Made by a program: the position numbers and the translations under genes
Origin: Pseudovirgaria hyperparasitica
Lineage: Eukaryota
DNA length: 64,000 nucleotides
Assembly: GCA_010093815.1 (NCBI GenBank)
Contig: ML996572.1
Direction: 5' to 3' (one strand)
Notes under the pieces: generated by a model
Databases searched by the model: none
The model's input: the letters and a program-made list of their open reading frames with translations, nothing else
What the model was told of the DNA's origin: nothing
Shown here: positions 1 to 13,354 of the stretch, piece by piece
Layout: each line of letters starts with the position of its first letter
Numbering within the stretch: position 1 is the first letter of the stretch

Positions 1-19
1 CTGACTACGCCTCTCGTAT

Positions 20-1015
20 ATGGAGCATGATGAGACGGCGAGCGAGCCCATACTTTCGCGGGATGTTTGCACAGATACCATTGCCGAGCGAGGCAAGGTG
101 AAAGTCAGTCAAGCAGTCCCAGATCATTGCGTCATCTGCCTCTGCCCCATCTCCGAGAGGGCCATAACAACGCCGTGTAATCACTATACGTTTGACTTCA
201 TATGCTTGGCCAGCTGGTTAGAGCAGCGTTCTGTGTGTCCGCTATGTGAGTGTCGTGCCCACGACACGCATGTCCACTGACAAAGCATAGGCAACACCGA
301 GATCACAGCAATAGAATATGACTTTGCGTCGCCAACTGACTTTGAGAGATTAGCCATCAAACCGACCAGGCCATCTGGTAGAGTGGAAAACGCTTCACCT
401 TCCCGTCAAAATCGACTGATGCACTCGAGTCAACGAACACCAACTCAAAGACCATGGGGTATTACTACTCCTGCACCGAGCCCTGACTTGGCACTGGTTC
501 GTCGACGACACGTGTATAAACACGGGCTTCGGTGTCTCCATGTAGGCAGCAACCGAGTATCTAGGTATCGTGACTATACACCAATCCAATTCTCTACGTC
601 CAGCGACTTGCAATCTCGAGCTCGACAGTGGATACGGCGGGAGCTACAGGTCTTCACTTTTCTAGATCCCACCAATGAGAGACGCTCACATGACGATGAA
701 CAAGAGAGGGGTGCGAGTGTTGGACGAGCGTCAAATGCCGAATTCCTTCTATCATACCTTATAGCCATACTCAAAACAGTAGACATAAAGGGCAGTGCAG
801 GGCAAGCTCAAGACATGCTTCAAGACTTCATCGGCCGAGAGAATGCATGTCTATTCTTACACGAGCTAAATTCATGGCTTCGGAGTCCATATATCCGCGT
901 CCAAGATTGGGATAGGCACGTACAGTACGCACAAAAGCTCCCAGGCCCAAATGGAGACAGGTGTGTGGATTATCGCTATGCCGCTTACAGGAGATACGCG
1001 GGCGCTTCTGAATAG
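20..1015 (+). CDS. RING-finger (C3HC4) E3 ubiquitin ligase, Topors-like; 2 exons (intron 246-290)
   Basis: RING CVICL..PCNHYTFDFICLASW..CPLC is joined over a GTGAGT..CATAG intron. C-terminal WIRRELQVF / FLHELNSWLRSPY..WDRHVQY block is typical of fungal Topors-like proteins. Confidence 0.8.
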
Positions 1016-1449
1016 AACACTGGGTGTAGCTAGATATTATCTTTAAAAGAGCTCATTTATTCACTTCCCTGTACATGCTCGCTGTCATTTCGCCTAGACC
1101 TATTTTCGTCCTGCAGCGCGATTTCGTTATTCTCCAATTGAGTTGTTTGATCTATTACATTGCGGTTCGTAGATACATTGGAACATGATGTGTTTGGTAC
1201 GCAATCATGCAGTGCTGCGAAGCTCGGGGAGCTCCTGCACCTCCGCTTATCGCAAACTGGGATTAAAAGGATGGAGGATCCATTCAATATGCCCCACCTA
1301 AACACTACCTACTCCGCCATCGTCACTTCGCTGAGCTCACTTCGTAACGTGTGCTACTCAACTAAATTTCCATAGTATATCAGCATAATTGCGGAGTCTG
1401 CTTGATTCATTACTTGGCAATACACAGCGCAACACACAACTATACCATT

Positions 1450-3209
1450 ATGACAGACAGTTCAGGTCTCAAAGAAAATGATACGCCTGCACCAACGCAC
1501 CCAGCACCTATCTCGACCACCAACCCGCGATCTCCACACACCAAAGACGCTTTGTCTCGAATCAATCCGAGCCCCATGAGCCATCGTCAAAGCTTCGGGG
1601 AGAATCTCCGGGGCATCCCGTCCTCTCCTCGACAACGACACCCTTCCCTATCACAACATGCACTTCAAGAATTGCTCGACAACCCACCTGTTCGAGGTAA
1701 TGGAGACCCAAGATTTCGAGGCCGGGATTGGCGGACACTGCAACTAGGCGAGATCGTTAAGGAGAAGGAGCAACAACTACAATTCGTGACCATGGATGAC
1801 AGCGTCGAGACTGCCACCAACGTAGGAAGCGTGTTATAATATCTTCATGCAGCGCTAACGATATCTAGCTCCTGGTGAATCCGAATTCCACAAACGTAGT
1901 CCTAATAAGAGAAAGCAGTGAGACGCAGGCCGTAATCGGTACATATGACTACGCAGACCTGAATGCATATCTTCTCTTGGTTGTCGGCCTGGCTCTACCG
2001 GAAGAGGGACAAACGGAGTCTTTCGAAGAATTGGCAAAAAAAGGGCGAGAAGGGAAACCTATACCACTAAAGGACGTGAAAGACCTGGGTAGAAAAGAGC
2101 CCATCATCACTCTTGCTGATACCGCCGATCTCACAAAAGCTATGGAAGTCTTTGGCAGCGGCATACATCGTTTAATCGTGGTTAAAGAAGGCACTTTTGA
2201 CGTTGTTGGAGTTCTATCACAGTTACACCTCCTAGGCTTCTTCTGGGAGCATCGCAGTAGCTTCCCGGCTCTCGAGCCCCTATACAGCGGCGTCTTGAAG
2301 GACTTGAACATCGGGTCGCATTCAGTCTACTCAATCAAGTAAGCAGACGTGTACCCTCATGCAATACTGTTCTGACCTCAATTAGTGGCGATAAACCCCT
2401 GACGACAGCTCTAGAGCTTATGAATAACGAAGGCGTCACCTCTTTGCCCGTTCTTGACAGTCAACGGAACGTCATTGGGAACATCTCCAATGTGGATGTC
2501 CGGGTAAGATATATTACCGATATTTGGGGTGTTTTACTAATCAGCCTAATAGCTACTAACAAAGTCTACTTCGCTGCCATTGCTCAGTTCGTCTTGCATC
2601 CATTTCATCTCTGTGATCCTCTCGGAGCGTGGTATGGACGATGGCAAAGATTCTTTCCCTGTCTTTCATGTTAGCCCATACTCTACATTGGCGCACACTG
2701 TGGCTAAATTGGTTGCCACCAAGTCTCACCGGTAAGCCACACTGTCATATCTGTAGTATTCTGCTGACAACTCGTGAAGTATGTGGATAGTGGATGCTCC
2801 ATCGCCTGCTTCGTCTGCGCCGAGTACACCTGCAACCACACCTGCTGTGCTACACCCTCCAGCGCCTTTCAGTCAAGCAACATCGACTATGACACCTCAT
2901 GGTAATAACCTAGGAGCTCCCGCTGTATCAGCTTCTGCTCTACCAGGCGCTCATCTATCTGGACGTCTCTCGGGTGTCGTTAGTCTTACAGATATTCTCA
3001 ATGTCTTTGCCCGGGCCAGCGGCCTTCACCCTCACGACCCAGATGAGATGCGGAGGCATCGGCGACGGAGCAGCAGTAGCAGCATCAGGAGAAGCGTAGA
3101 CAGCAACCGCAGCGGGAGCGTCAGTGGCCGCGAATCTGGAAGGACCGGTGTGAGCAGTGGTGTGGGCGTTGGGCGAAGCACGAGCGTGGCAGGGAAGAGA
3201 GCAACGTGA
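1450..3209 (+). CDS. SDS23: Sds23/Moc1-family CBS-domain protein; multi-exon
   Basis: ORF pieces [59 protein letters not shown] are linked by canonical introns. Confidence 0.85.
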
Positions 3210-4259
3210 AGTTGATGATGAAAGAAGAGAATATAATCAAGGGTCCGCGACTGTCTTCAGCTGGGAAACTTGTCAGACTCCCGTATTGTGCTGAAAGAGC
3301 CAAGCTGGCTTTGTAGATGGCTAGATACTGCCACACACTAGAGGCTGGAATATGATCTTGAGGCTACCGATTCAAAAGAAATTGTTTCGATTATTACTCT
3401 GGAGGTATATATACCAGCAGGCCTGAAGGCAATCATGCACATGGTACATCAACATCATGATGTATCACCATGTATATGAATCGTATGGAAAAGGTTAGCA
3501 CAAATTACCAGAAGAGTCTACACAGTCATCTGCGACACTTGTATACATAATCCAGAGAACTTAAGAACATTCCTGTCTTTCGAATGACACAAATGCTGCC
3601 TTCGTTATCTATTGACTAAGCGAACAAGCTTCGAAAATATTATAGCATACCACAGTAAGCTGTTACATAGGTCTAACAGATGGCTTATATGAAAAGCTTA
3701 GATATACGGCGTAGCCCTCCGAGTATGTCGTTACGAAGATCACTACGGCGGAGAACCATAGGCGACGTCTCGGTAATTATACTAGCCGGATGGCATGAGT
3801 GCGATAACGATTGGTGACAAGTGCAATACTTGAAGGAAAGGGCAAGTTGGGAAGGACAAGGGAACGGCAGACAGTTATCTTGAGAGTACTTAGGGAATGT
3901 AGGCTCAAGCATGTTGCGAATGATGCCAGCTTGAGGAAGATATATTTTGTGCTGCGAGATGGGCACAGCCAGGACGTGAACAGCGCTGGCATGAAATCAT
4001 TCAGCCAGGTTACTGGAACAAGCATACCGATATGTTGGTAGGGACAGGTTTTGTGTTTCGGTGGATGATCGCCGTTGTTCTTATGGGCGGCCATTATATT
4101 GGATCGGTATCGCAACTTCATTTGGGATCTAGAAAGCACACTGTACAATGTGCAGGTTTTAAGCCGATATCTTGTACAATAGTCAGCGAGAAATAGGGGT
4201 AATGTTGCATTGATCAATTTTATTTACAAGTGCCGCATAGGTTACAACAAAAGGAACGG

Positions 4260-5676
4260 TCAATAACTTCGCCGCACGTGGTCGTACTGCTTTTCTGCTT
4301 GTAGCTCCCTCTCAGTCATAGGTGGTAGGTCCATCATCCTGCTGCTTCTGTATCCTTTCAAATACTCATACGACCACTGTCTTATTTCTGCTGGCTCCAT
4401 ATCAAGATCCTTGAACGTCTTCGCCTTGGGGTCGATGTGCTGGTCAATAAATTCGCGCACCACAGCATCCTTATGGAGAGTTGGCCACCACAAGTATTTG
4501 TTCATAACATAGCCTAATGGTTCTCTGATCCGGCGGGGAATGTTGATGTTGCTGCGTTCTCGCAACGTCTCGCCGTCCACAAGTTGGGCGAGCTCGGCCA
4601 TTGACCACTCGCTGGGTCCGTGTAGTTCATACGTTTGTTCAGCGGTGGTGTCGTCGTAGCACATCTTCTCTAGGGCTTTACCTACATCGCTTGCATGAAC
4701 AGGCCAGAACGTTTGTTGCATGTGGTTGGACGTAATGTGGCGGTTTGGATAAGCGAGTTTGGTAAGCAACCCGTCTTGCCATCCGTAAATTGGAGACGGG
4801 CGGACGATGGTCGTTTCTGGGAAGATAGAACGAGCCACTTTCTCACCACGAGCTTTAGTACGGAAGAACTCTGACTCTGAATTCTCATCCGCGTTGTACG
4901 AAGATACTTGCACGAAGCGGTCGACATCGTATTTGGCAACGGCTTCAGCAATGCGTTCGACACCTTCGACATTGACATCTTCCAAATCAAAGTTTCTAAG
5001 AGCATGAGTATTCCAAATTGGTCAACTTCGAGAAGACTCACTTCGTGGGGTAGTCTCGACCAATGAGATTGTAGACAATGTCAGAATGTCGAACGCTTTC
5101 TTCGATAGACGCAGTATTTCTCAGGTCCATTTCCTATAGGCCATTAGCATATATCTAGCCTTGCATGCTGCTCAGGAACATACAATAAAGACCACGCGAC
5201 CAAGATCCCCAGAAACCTTCAGATGACGCTTGCCCATGTCATCGCGGAAAGGCACGACGACAGTACAACCGGTCTGAGCTATGTATCATATTTAGCTTAC
5301 TGGCTCCGCAGACATTCTATATAAATACTAACCCAGTCTCTGTACAATGTATCTCCCAAGGAAACCAGTAGCTCCAAAGACGGTTGCGGTATGTCCTATG
5401 ATCGTTGGTGAGCTTGCGGTGTTCCGTCAATCGATCGGTGTATGTTATACCTCCAAGAGAGGACCTGTATATACAGAATTAGTGGCTGCAGAGTGTGTCT
5501 TGCGGTTGGACTTACCTTCCACCTTGTACTCGGATGATAGGTTTTCCGGTACGAGTGATCGCGATGTCTTGAATGTAGCGTTTCTGGGTTGTAGAGAGGG
5601 GTGAATTGGCGACCCTGGGAAATACAGCCTGTTGTAAGGCGGCGCCAGACCGCATACACTGTCTTGACGACGCCAT
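4260..5676 (-). CDS. NADH:ubiquinone oxidoreductase 39/40-kDa subunit (NDUFA9 orthologue), multi-exon
   Basis: Presequence-like MASSRQCMRS.., then RTGKPIIRVQGGRSSLGGHTATVFGATGFLGRY and EDVNVEGVERIAEAVAKYDVDRF (SDR fold). Confidence 0.92.
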
Positions 5677-5726
5677 TGCGTTCAATGGCTCTGTTACAAG
5701 TTGTTACCTTCGTAAGACCGCTGCGA

Positions 5727-5810
5727 GGAGCTTCAACTGACGTTCCATGAATGGCGGACCGCAAGCTTACCTAATCGCGGGCTCGTGTTAGCGTGCGTAC
5801 CTGGAGCTCC
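5727..5810. promoter_or_regulatory. GGAGCT elements (candidate filamentous-ascomycete proteasome/Rpn4-type sites) in the NDUFA9/RPN9 divergent promoter
   Basis: GGAGCT at 5727-5732 and palindromic GGAGCTCC at 5803-5810, upstream of a proteasome gene. Confidence 0.45.
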
Positions 5811-5949
5811 AACATCGGACAGTTCACTAAAGCGTGAGAGCATTACAAGTCCAGCAATTCATAACTCTCACGCATAATCGACACGCGACTCACTCCCACA
5901 TACCTCTCACTGTTATATTTGCCATCGATTCGTCACACTCAACTTGAAG

Positions 5950-7151
5950 ATGGCTATGGAGGTGGATCGCATCTCCGACTTTCTCGGTGATCAGCGCGAG
6001 CAGGCTCCAGAGGACCTCCAGCCTTATTTCCTAGAATTTGAAGACAAGTGGGAGAAGAAGCTATGGCACGAGCTAACAGAGGAGCTGATAAAATTCTTCA
6101 ACCAGCCAGATAGTGCACCACAGCGTCTGGCTCTCTACGACACATTCATTAAGAGCTTCGCTGGAAAGGTTAACCAGTTGAAGCTCGTGACTTTGGGACT
6201 GAAGGCAGCTTCACAGATTAAAGGTATGAGAAAACTCACTGTGCTTAAGATTCTTTGTCTCATATATAATCAGATCCCCAAGATCGACTGAAATTCGTTA
6301 CGACCCTTGCCGGAAGGGTCAACAAGCCTGTGTCCCAGGACGCCTACGTTCACGCCACTGTGGAAGCCGCAAACATACACCTACAACTAGAGCAGTATGA
6401 GGAGGCACGGAAGAAGTTAGACGAGTGTGAGAAGATTCTAGATACATTCGATTCTGTTGAGACCGTTGTACACGCTTCCTTCTACGGCGCGAATGCCGAG
6501 TACTACAAAGCCAAGCAAGAATTTGCATCATACTACAAGAACGCTCTTCTATATCTGGCATGCATAGATCTCTCTATGCTATCGGTAGAGGAGCGACAGT
6601 CAAGAGCATATGATCTCAGCATTGCTGCCCTCGTCTCAGACTCCATTTACAACTTCGGAGAGCTCCTTCTCCACCCTATCCTCGATTCGCTAAACAACAC
6701 TAGCCACGCATGGCTTCGTGAATTGCTATTCGCGTTCAATCGCGGCGATTTGAACGCCTGGGACGCACAAGTCGGTAATCTATCGAAGAACAAGTTGCTC
6801 AAGGCGCATTCGCATTTCCTATACCAAAAAATATCTCTTGCCGCACTTACAGAAGCTGTATTTCGTCGGCCGCCTCATGACCGCGCAATGACATTTGCGA
6901 CCATATCGGAGGAAACGAAAGTTAAGCCGATCGAGATAGAACACCTAATCATGAAGGCTTTGAGCTTGGGTCTCGTAAAGGGACAGATCGACCAAGTTGC
7001 GGAGGTGGCACGCATCAACTGGGTACAGCCGAAGGTCCTCGATATGAAGCAGATCGAAAACATGAGAGGGCGACTGAAGGAATGGGATTCCAGCGTCAAC
7101 CAACTGGGTAATTGGATCGAGGGGGTTGGCAAGGATGTCTGGGCAGCATGA
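5950..7151 (+). CDS. RPN9: 26S proteasome lid subunit Rpn9 (PSMD13); 2 exons
   Basis: WEKKLWHELT, YYKNALLYLAC, IYNFGELLLHPIL and PCI domain EHLIMKALSLGLVKGQIDQV..WVQPKVLD. Confidence 0.96.
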
Positions 7152-7294
7152 GCCGAGCAGACGAAAGGATTGGCAAGCGGCCAATGTAGTGCATGTATTG
7201 CCTGCATAAGCGGTCCTGTATGACATATAGACAGCATCCAAATCAAGCCTTGATCATGATAAAATGTACACGTGTCTTCACACTTCCCAAAGGA

Positions 7295-9295
7295 TCAAAG
7301 GCCTGGCAGGGACCATACAACAATAGACGCTCCAGCGAACCAAGCCGGGAACCATACAAGCCAAACAACAACTTGCGTCCACATGCCCCAGATGTGCCAG
7401 CCTTGAGCCGCCTGTAGTAGAAGGTCCACAACATCATAGTGCCAGTGTTGTGTTGCTAGTGTCGCCACCATCATGGGACTCACAGCAGTCAAGATTACGG
7501 TCATGAGACAAGGCAGGACGGTGCTGTTCGGGATTCGTCGCACGAAGCTCAGGGGCACCGCGAGGACTCCAATTATGAATGACAACGAGAAGTTCAATGT
7601 TGCCAATGCTGACAAGAACATGCCGAGTAGAAGTAATGAGAAGCATTGAATAAGGGTGGTTTCTTGCTGTGTTGGGCGTCTAAATTGAGAGACCGCGGTC
7701 GCAGTCATGATGGGAAGAACGAGTGTGATGGCTGTTGTCGCATGAAAGAGGGGCCGGAGTACCTATGAAAGTTGTCAGGGCTAGATTGTAGGCGTATGGT
7801 CAATGACTTACGTGTTCGGGACTGTTATTAAACAGATAGAACGGTATGAGTCCGAGGAAATGAGCCGCCGCGATGTATGCGAGGGGAAAGAACATTTTTC
7901 GCTCTACAACTGCCAAGGTAGACGCTGGGACAAGGGCAACAGACTTCTTCTCCTTTATGACTACCATTTTCTCTTCCTTGCTTGCGCCGGGGGTTGCTGC
8001 TGAAGTAGCTTTGGAAGAATTGAGCGGTCTGCCACTCTGCACCCATAGAGCAATACATGTCACCGTGAAATTTGCAGCAACGAGCATAGCGCTCGGCAGG
8101 TAGGTCCCTATACTAACAAAGACCTTGGCTTGGAGAAGCAAATATAGGAAAAAGCTCTGGTGAAGATGCTCGAGGAGGTTGTTTAGACTGCGAAACAGGC
8201 TCTCGACGACTTTCCCGAGGCCCATTTCGTCATGCCAACCATCGCCCACAGTCTGTAGGGTAATTGCATCAACGTGATATGGAATGAAGCTGCTATGCGG
8301 TCCGGTCGAATGCCCAAGGCCTTGATTGACCATCCCTCGAAGCATCGTCTGTAGCCGTTCCTCATACGTGTTCTTGTGGTCGAACATACGCTGGAGCGTG
8401 CAGCCTATACCCATCTGGTTACTTGCTATTTGAACAGCTGTATTGAAGAGGTCAAGGTTCGACAATTGGCCGTTGGTACCATCATAAAGAATGTGTAGCT
8501 TGTCAAATCGATGACCCCAAGGTCCAGCGGGGTATTCGATTGCAACCGCTCCTTGGAGTGCTCCGCTCTTGATTGTGAGAGGTTCGACCGACGCAGGGAG
8601 AACAGCGTTGTGGTACGCGTCTACCCAAGCTTGAGGTCCCTCTCTACTGTCTCCCGAGATTAGGAATATGACGTCTTTTGACCAGAGTGACCATCTCTTC
8701 ATGTACCGAGCCAGTGTTAATAACAGAGCCACACCACTATGGTTGATGTCGCCATTCATAGTCTTCCAGGAAGCTATCATGACTACAGCCTCTGTAGCAT
8801 CCGCGCGGGGACCTTGCAGGACTGCGTATACATTCTCACCAGATAGTTTACGACCCGACACATCGTACTCGTACTTCTGTGTAGCAACTTTCAATCCTGC
8901 CAATCGAAGAATATCTCCGAGTTTCTGTGACCGCCTGGGATATAAGTAAGCTTGAATGTTCAAACACACATCAATTGGCATACTCTTGTTCCGACTTGCC
9001 TACAAGTCCAGCTACTTCATGCCGGTATGCTCTGAACACGTTGTGTTCACTTCCACCAAAATATGTATGCACTTGGCCAGGCAGCAGCGCATTTTCAGAT
9101 ATATACGTCTTTCGAGAATATTCGTCCAGTGGTAGCAGACATAGCCAAACGCAACCGACTATGACAAGCAGCGCGGAGAGGTACGGCGGGATTTTAAGGA
9201 GTCGTTCATCGCGACGGAGGCCGAGAATGGATGCTATATTGCGTTGTGAGCATGAGAATAAGGTGCATCCGAGAATACGTACAAAGCAAAGTCAT
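7295..9295 (-). CDS. GAA1: GPI transamidase subunit Gaa1; multi-exon
   Basis: TYISENALLPGQV, GENVYAVLQGPRADATEA, WSLWSKDVIFL, RSLNNLLEHLHQSFFLYLL; C-terminal TM helices with LNFSLSF. Confidence 0.95.
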
Positions 9296-9513
9296 CCTAC
9301 GGACAGGTCTGGTACCCTGATGCCTCGTTGAGTTGTTGTGTCTGGGTGATCCATATAAGATAGGTTGTCGGGGGTCCCTGAAAAGCTTCCCCGGATTTTA
9401 GCTTCGAGATTTGCAAGCTGGCGGCAGAACGCCTGCCTTGCTTGTCGTTCGCAAGCTTCTGATTGATAGTATCCGATCAGCTTGACGTACCTCAACCGCT
9501 TGTAACTCATACG

Positions 9514-10468
9514 ATGGCGTTCTCATTACCCCAATTCAATCCGATACGGATACGATCATATGTTCTACGTCTGCCGCTTGCAACGCGCCTTCTGCTACTC
9601 GTCATTGTCCTCTTCTACCTAGCCAGCTGGCTGTTCTCGTGGCTTCAAGAATGGGGCGCGTTGATTCCTAGTAAAGTCGGGTTGGCTACGTGTGAGTATA
9701 AGTTCCGCGAGTCCAGTCAGTCTAAGATTCATAAACTGACTGGCCATACCTGTAGTATACCGCTTGAACACCTATGTCTTCTTACATGTGGGATTCTTCC
9801 ACGCCTTCTTCAATCTCCTCGCGTTGACTCCACTGCTCGAACGGTTCGAATCGGAAAATGGAACAATCGTAACGATTGTCTTATTCACTGGCCGTAAGAC
9901 TAGACAGTTTGCGTTTGCATATATTATGAAGACTGATTACAATATAGCATTTGGGTTACTCCCTGGCGCTATCTACATATTACTCGAGCGCGGCATACTA
10001 CGCGGAGATGTCGGAGTACAGGGCTCAAGGTAATAGCCCCGGTCATACATAGTGTTCTAGACTGATCTTAGCAGTATACTGGTCTTCCTCCTCCTGGCTT
10101 CCGAAGCCGTAAAGACCTACCGCGCGAATCCGCACCTCAGCATAGGAACATACAGAATCCCAACGTGGACAACGCCACTGTTCATAGTCCTCGCTGTCAG
10201 CTTTATCATGCCTAACGTCAGCCTATTAGGCCATCTATCTGGCGCAGCCATAGGCTATGCTTGGGGTTTCGGTTATCTCCGGTTCCTTGCACCACCGGAG
10301 AAGATATTGCGCTGGATAGAAGGGAAGCTCAACTTGCTCGGCCGTCTGCCGCACTATGTGTCAGTCGACCAAAAAACGTATGGACGATATGGCGTGCTTC
10401 CTTCGTCTACAGAGAATCCTCGCGGAGCAATACGACTGAGTAGTCCGGCACAGAGACTTGGTCCGTGA
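9514..10468 (+). CDS. Rhomboid-family intramembrane protease (Rbd2-like); multi-exon
   Basis: RLPLATR, H..FFHAFFNLLALTPLLERFE, QGSS (catalytic Ser motif) and SLLGHLSG (catalytic His). Confidence 0.85.
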
Positions 10469-10831
10469 GAGCGCAGTGAGATTCATTTTTGATTGCGATT
10501 CAAGCATTGGGTGGCAACGCTGGCGTTTGGGATATAAAGCAGTTTATCAAAAGCGGCATCGCTGTATGATTGATGCCCCGTCCGCACGTGTTGGTTGTAT
10601 CATAGACTATTCAGTTGCGAGCTCTAGGTTTGCAGCAAGCTGGTAATTTCAACAGACTGTCAATTGCGGTCCCTTGTCATTTTGATCGATTGCTTCATTT
10701 GGCCATCTACGTTGGAATCTTACCCTTGTAAACCGACCAACTTTTGTATCTATGATTCAATTTTCCTGTCGTATCCCATGCAAACACTTCCATGCAGACT
10801 CTCCGGTCCTATTTTGCCGACGAGATGTTCT

Positions 10832-11548
10832 TTACTCCTCCCCAAATAGCCCCCACTCCCTGATTTCGAATGACTCCAAGACCTTGCCCCTCATCTCCAT
10901 CGCGGTCTCCATCAATGGCCCTAGCCTTTGCGCCTGTAAGTCCACGTCCTCCTTGACATACTCGCCCGGCACATGCGGTACATTGATCGTGACTACTATA
11001 TCAGTCTTCTTCTGCGGCAACCGCACCAAAATCAACAGAATGCCGTAGAAATCTGGCTGCGGCTTAGGTGGTTTGCCAAATGGCGAAGGCTCAGCTGGCG
11101 CTGGGGTCTGTGTTGCTGCAAGGAGGTATACTGGCGTCGTTCTTATTTTGTTGGTGTTAGCAGTGGTCAAACCTTTGGTGAACATGGGATTTGGCGAGGG
11201 GGACTTACGGCAACTTTGATAGCTTGGCACTGGCCGCTATCAGGTATTTTGTCGTATCATTCGTTCCCTCGGCGATATCTTCAAAGTGATATTTGAGGGC
11301 ATCTTCGTCTGTCGCGGCAATCTCCGGGCCGACGTAGTTGAGAATTTCGAAGATTACGGATGTGAGGCCATCTTTGTCGACGTATACTTCTTGGTGGTCG
11401 GGGACTTGACGGAATGAGCTGGGGATTGTGAGTAATCTGAGCGTACCGATAAGCCGAGAGTGCGCATTTACCTGACGTCTACATATGTAGAAGGGAGATC
11501 GGCGGTGATGGCTCCGCCGTACAAGTCTGTTTTTGAGTAAGTTGCCAT
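10832..11548 (-). CDS. MOG1: Ran-binding protein Mog1; multi-exon
   Basis: LYGGAITADLP..DVS..RQVPDHQEVYVD..SVIFEIL and LVRLPQKKTDIVVTINVP..WGLF. Confidence 0.9.
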
Positions 11549-12367
11549 TTTGGGGTGGTTGTAGGGCCGAGCCAAAGTTTGGGCGTTAGTGCGAGACGAA
11601 GTGTTGTTGATGGATCTGCTCCGAGAACTTATTGAATTGTTTTGAAAAGGTAGCACTCGACTCTCGTGTTTGTCTAGGCATTTTATGTATCCATGGAAAT
11701 TGCACTGGCATTAGGTAGCTATGTGGTGATCAGGCAGCAGATGGGTGTCTGCCTAGTTGGCAAGAGTGATGCCTTGCGAGATCCAACTCCACGACTCAGA
11801 AATCATACTTGAACAAATCACAGTAAAGGTACTTTTCGTCTGACGATGCTGAGTCTATTATAGCTTACAAATCTGGTTTACTTTCTTCCGTATGGGGTTA
11901 GGAAACAGTGAATAAGTTGTGCGCGTGATCTGAGGGGATTACGAGCACGCCAATGGGTCTCTGAGCTGGGTAGGTTGCACTTAAGGGAAGATGATTTATT
12001 CTGCTACAATATGTGTTGCCATTCGATTAGACTTGGGTATCATTTCAAATCTTCAAGACTTTTCCAGCCTTTTGAGGCTTCATGTCAACGCCGCGAATGC
12101 TTTTTTGAGGTCCAACTCCGCGAATTGGGATGTAGAAACCGCCTCTTCTTCCAGTGATGCTAGATTTCTCTTTTCCAGTAAACCTGAAGGGCGCCACCAG
12201 GCGAAACATATTGCTTGCATACAACTCCAAGCCGAGGTGGGAAATACTGATTCGTATCACAGAAGAAGTGATCTCATGATACGCTCGACACCCATATATA
12301 CACACTTGGTGACAAGTAGCGAGACAAGTAGCGAAGTGGAATCAGCAATTGAGTCTGACGGTCGTAT

Positions 12368-12748
12368 TCAAGCCTCGACTTCCATCTTCTCGACTCCTGC
12401 AGCGAGTACGGCAACCTCCTTGACTGGCTTGCTTGTGTTTCCGTTGTCGGTGCGTAAACCGACGGCTGCTTCTGCTTCTTTCTGGCTGTATGGCACTTCT
12501 TTAAGCTGGCGAACTCTTTTCTTGTGGATTTTGCCCTTCTTATGGGCCTCAAAATTATGCTCCCCCTCAAACCATTTTGAACATTCAGTGCAGTACCATT
12601 GTCCTAGACCAGGAAGGTCCTCGGCGACTTTGGTATCTTTATATTGCTGCAGATGCTTATCGGAGTGTAGATCGGCGTGAATTTGGTCGAGATCGCGAGT
12701 ATGCCGCCTTGTCTTCTTCTTGGAATCAGCGCCACGGATGGCAGGCAT
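12368..12748 (-). CDS. BUD20: C2H2 zinc-finger ribosome biogenesis factor Bud20/ZNF593
   Basis: KTRRHTRDLDQIHADL, EDLPGLGQWYCTECSKWF, HKKGKIHKKR, PYSQKEAEAA. Confidence 0.95.
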   Translation of the reverse strand: MPAIRGADSKKKTRRHTRDLDQIHADLHSDKHLQQYKDTKVAEDLPGLGQWYCTECSKWFEGEHNFEAHKKGKIHKKRVRQLKEVPYSQKEAEAAVGLRTDNGNTSKPVKEVAVLAAGVEKMEVEA

Positions 12749-13177
12749 GGTGAAAACGTTTTTTTAGAACGATTTGAAGACCTATGTAGGCTACGCAAGA
12801 GGCCGGCGAGGAGTTTGAATCGGCTATGAATATTGCTGTTTACAGTCAAAATCGCTCAGAAGCACAAGCGAGCTCGCTCCGAGGAACAAATTTCTAGTAG
12901 CATGCAGCCGGCCGAGACGCGTGATGGAGGCGGCTCAGTGGGTTGTTACACTTTGCTACTTCGTTACTGGGGCAAATTGTGCGCGCGCAGGGCTGCAGAC
13001 CATAGGCATGTGCGCAAGGAAGGCGGTGTTTGAGGGCCCCTAACAGGCGCAAAAAAGCGGGCAGTCAGCCAAAATACTGGGGTCAGCTGGCTCAGTCTGC
13101 CCCGTCTTGCGCAGCTGCTGAACACTTTTCGGGCGGCGGCCGTCCGCTTTTGCTTTCGCCCTCGGTTTGAGCTTCGG

Positions 13178-13197
13178 CCAATCACAGCTACGGTGAT
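13178..13197 (+). promoter_or_regulatory. Bipartite CCAAT-binding complex/HapX motif (CSAAT-N12-RWT) upstream of aconitase
   Basis: CCAAT(13178-82) cacagctacggt GAT(13195-97): exact 12-nt spacing, about 160 nt before the ATG of an Fe-S enzyme. Confidence 0.7.
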
Positions 13198-13354
13198 AAT
13201 CGAGCTTCCAATTGCTCCCATCTGACGAAATCTTCCTGCTACCAACTACTCTTAACGCTCTCCTCTCCACTCCTACTTCTCCTCTCTTCTTCCTCTCTCC
13301 TCTCTCTCAATCATCCTCATCGGATACTCTGCGGTGGCATCTCTCATCTTCACC

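Noticed and set aside
3685..4217. Overlapping 76-146 aa ORFs between SDS23 and the complex I gene
   Set aside because: No recognisable motif or codon bias; the interval is probably convergent 3' UTRs.
12080..12220. Minus-strand peptide containing LDLKKAF, reminiscent of reverse-transcriptase motif A
   Set aside because: The ORF is only ~46 aa, with no other RT motifs and no element ends; likely chance.
13334..13354. In-frame GTG upstream of the aconitase ATG
   Set aside because: The ATG at 13355 has an optimal CACC context and begins a plausible presequence.
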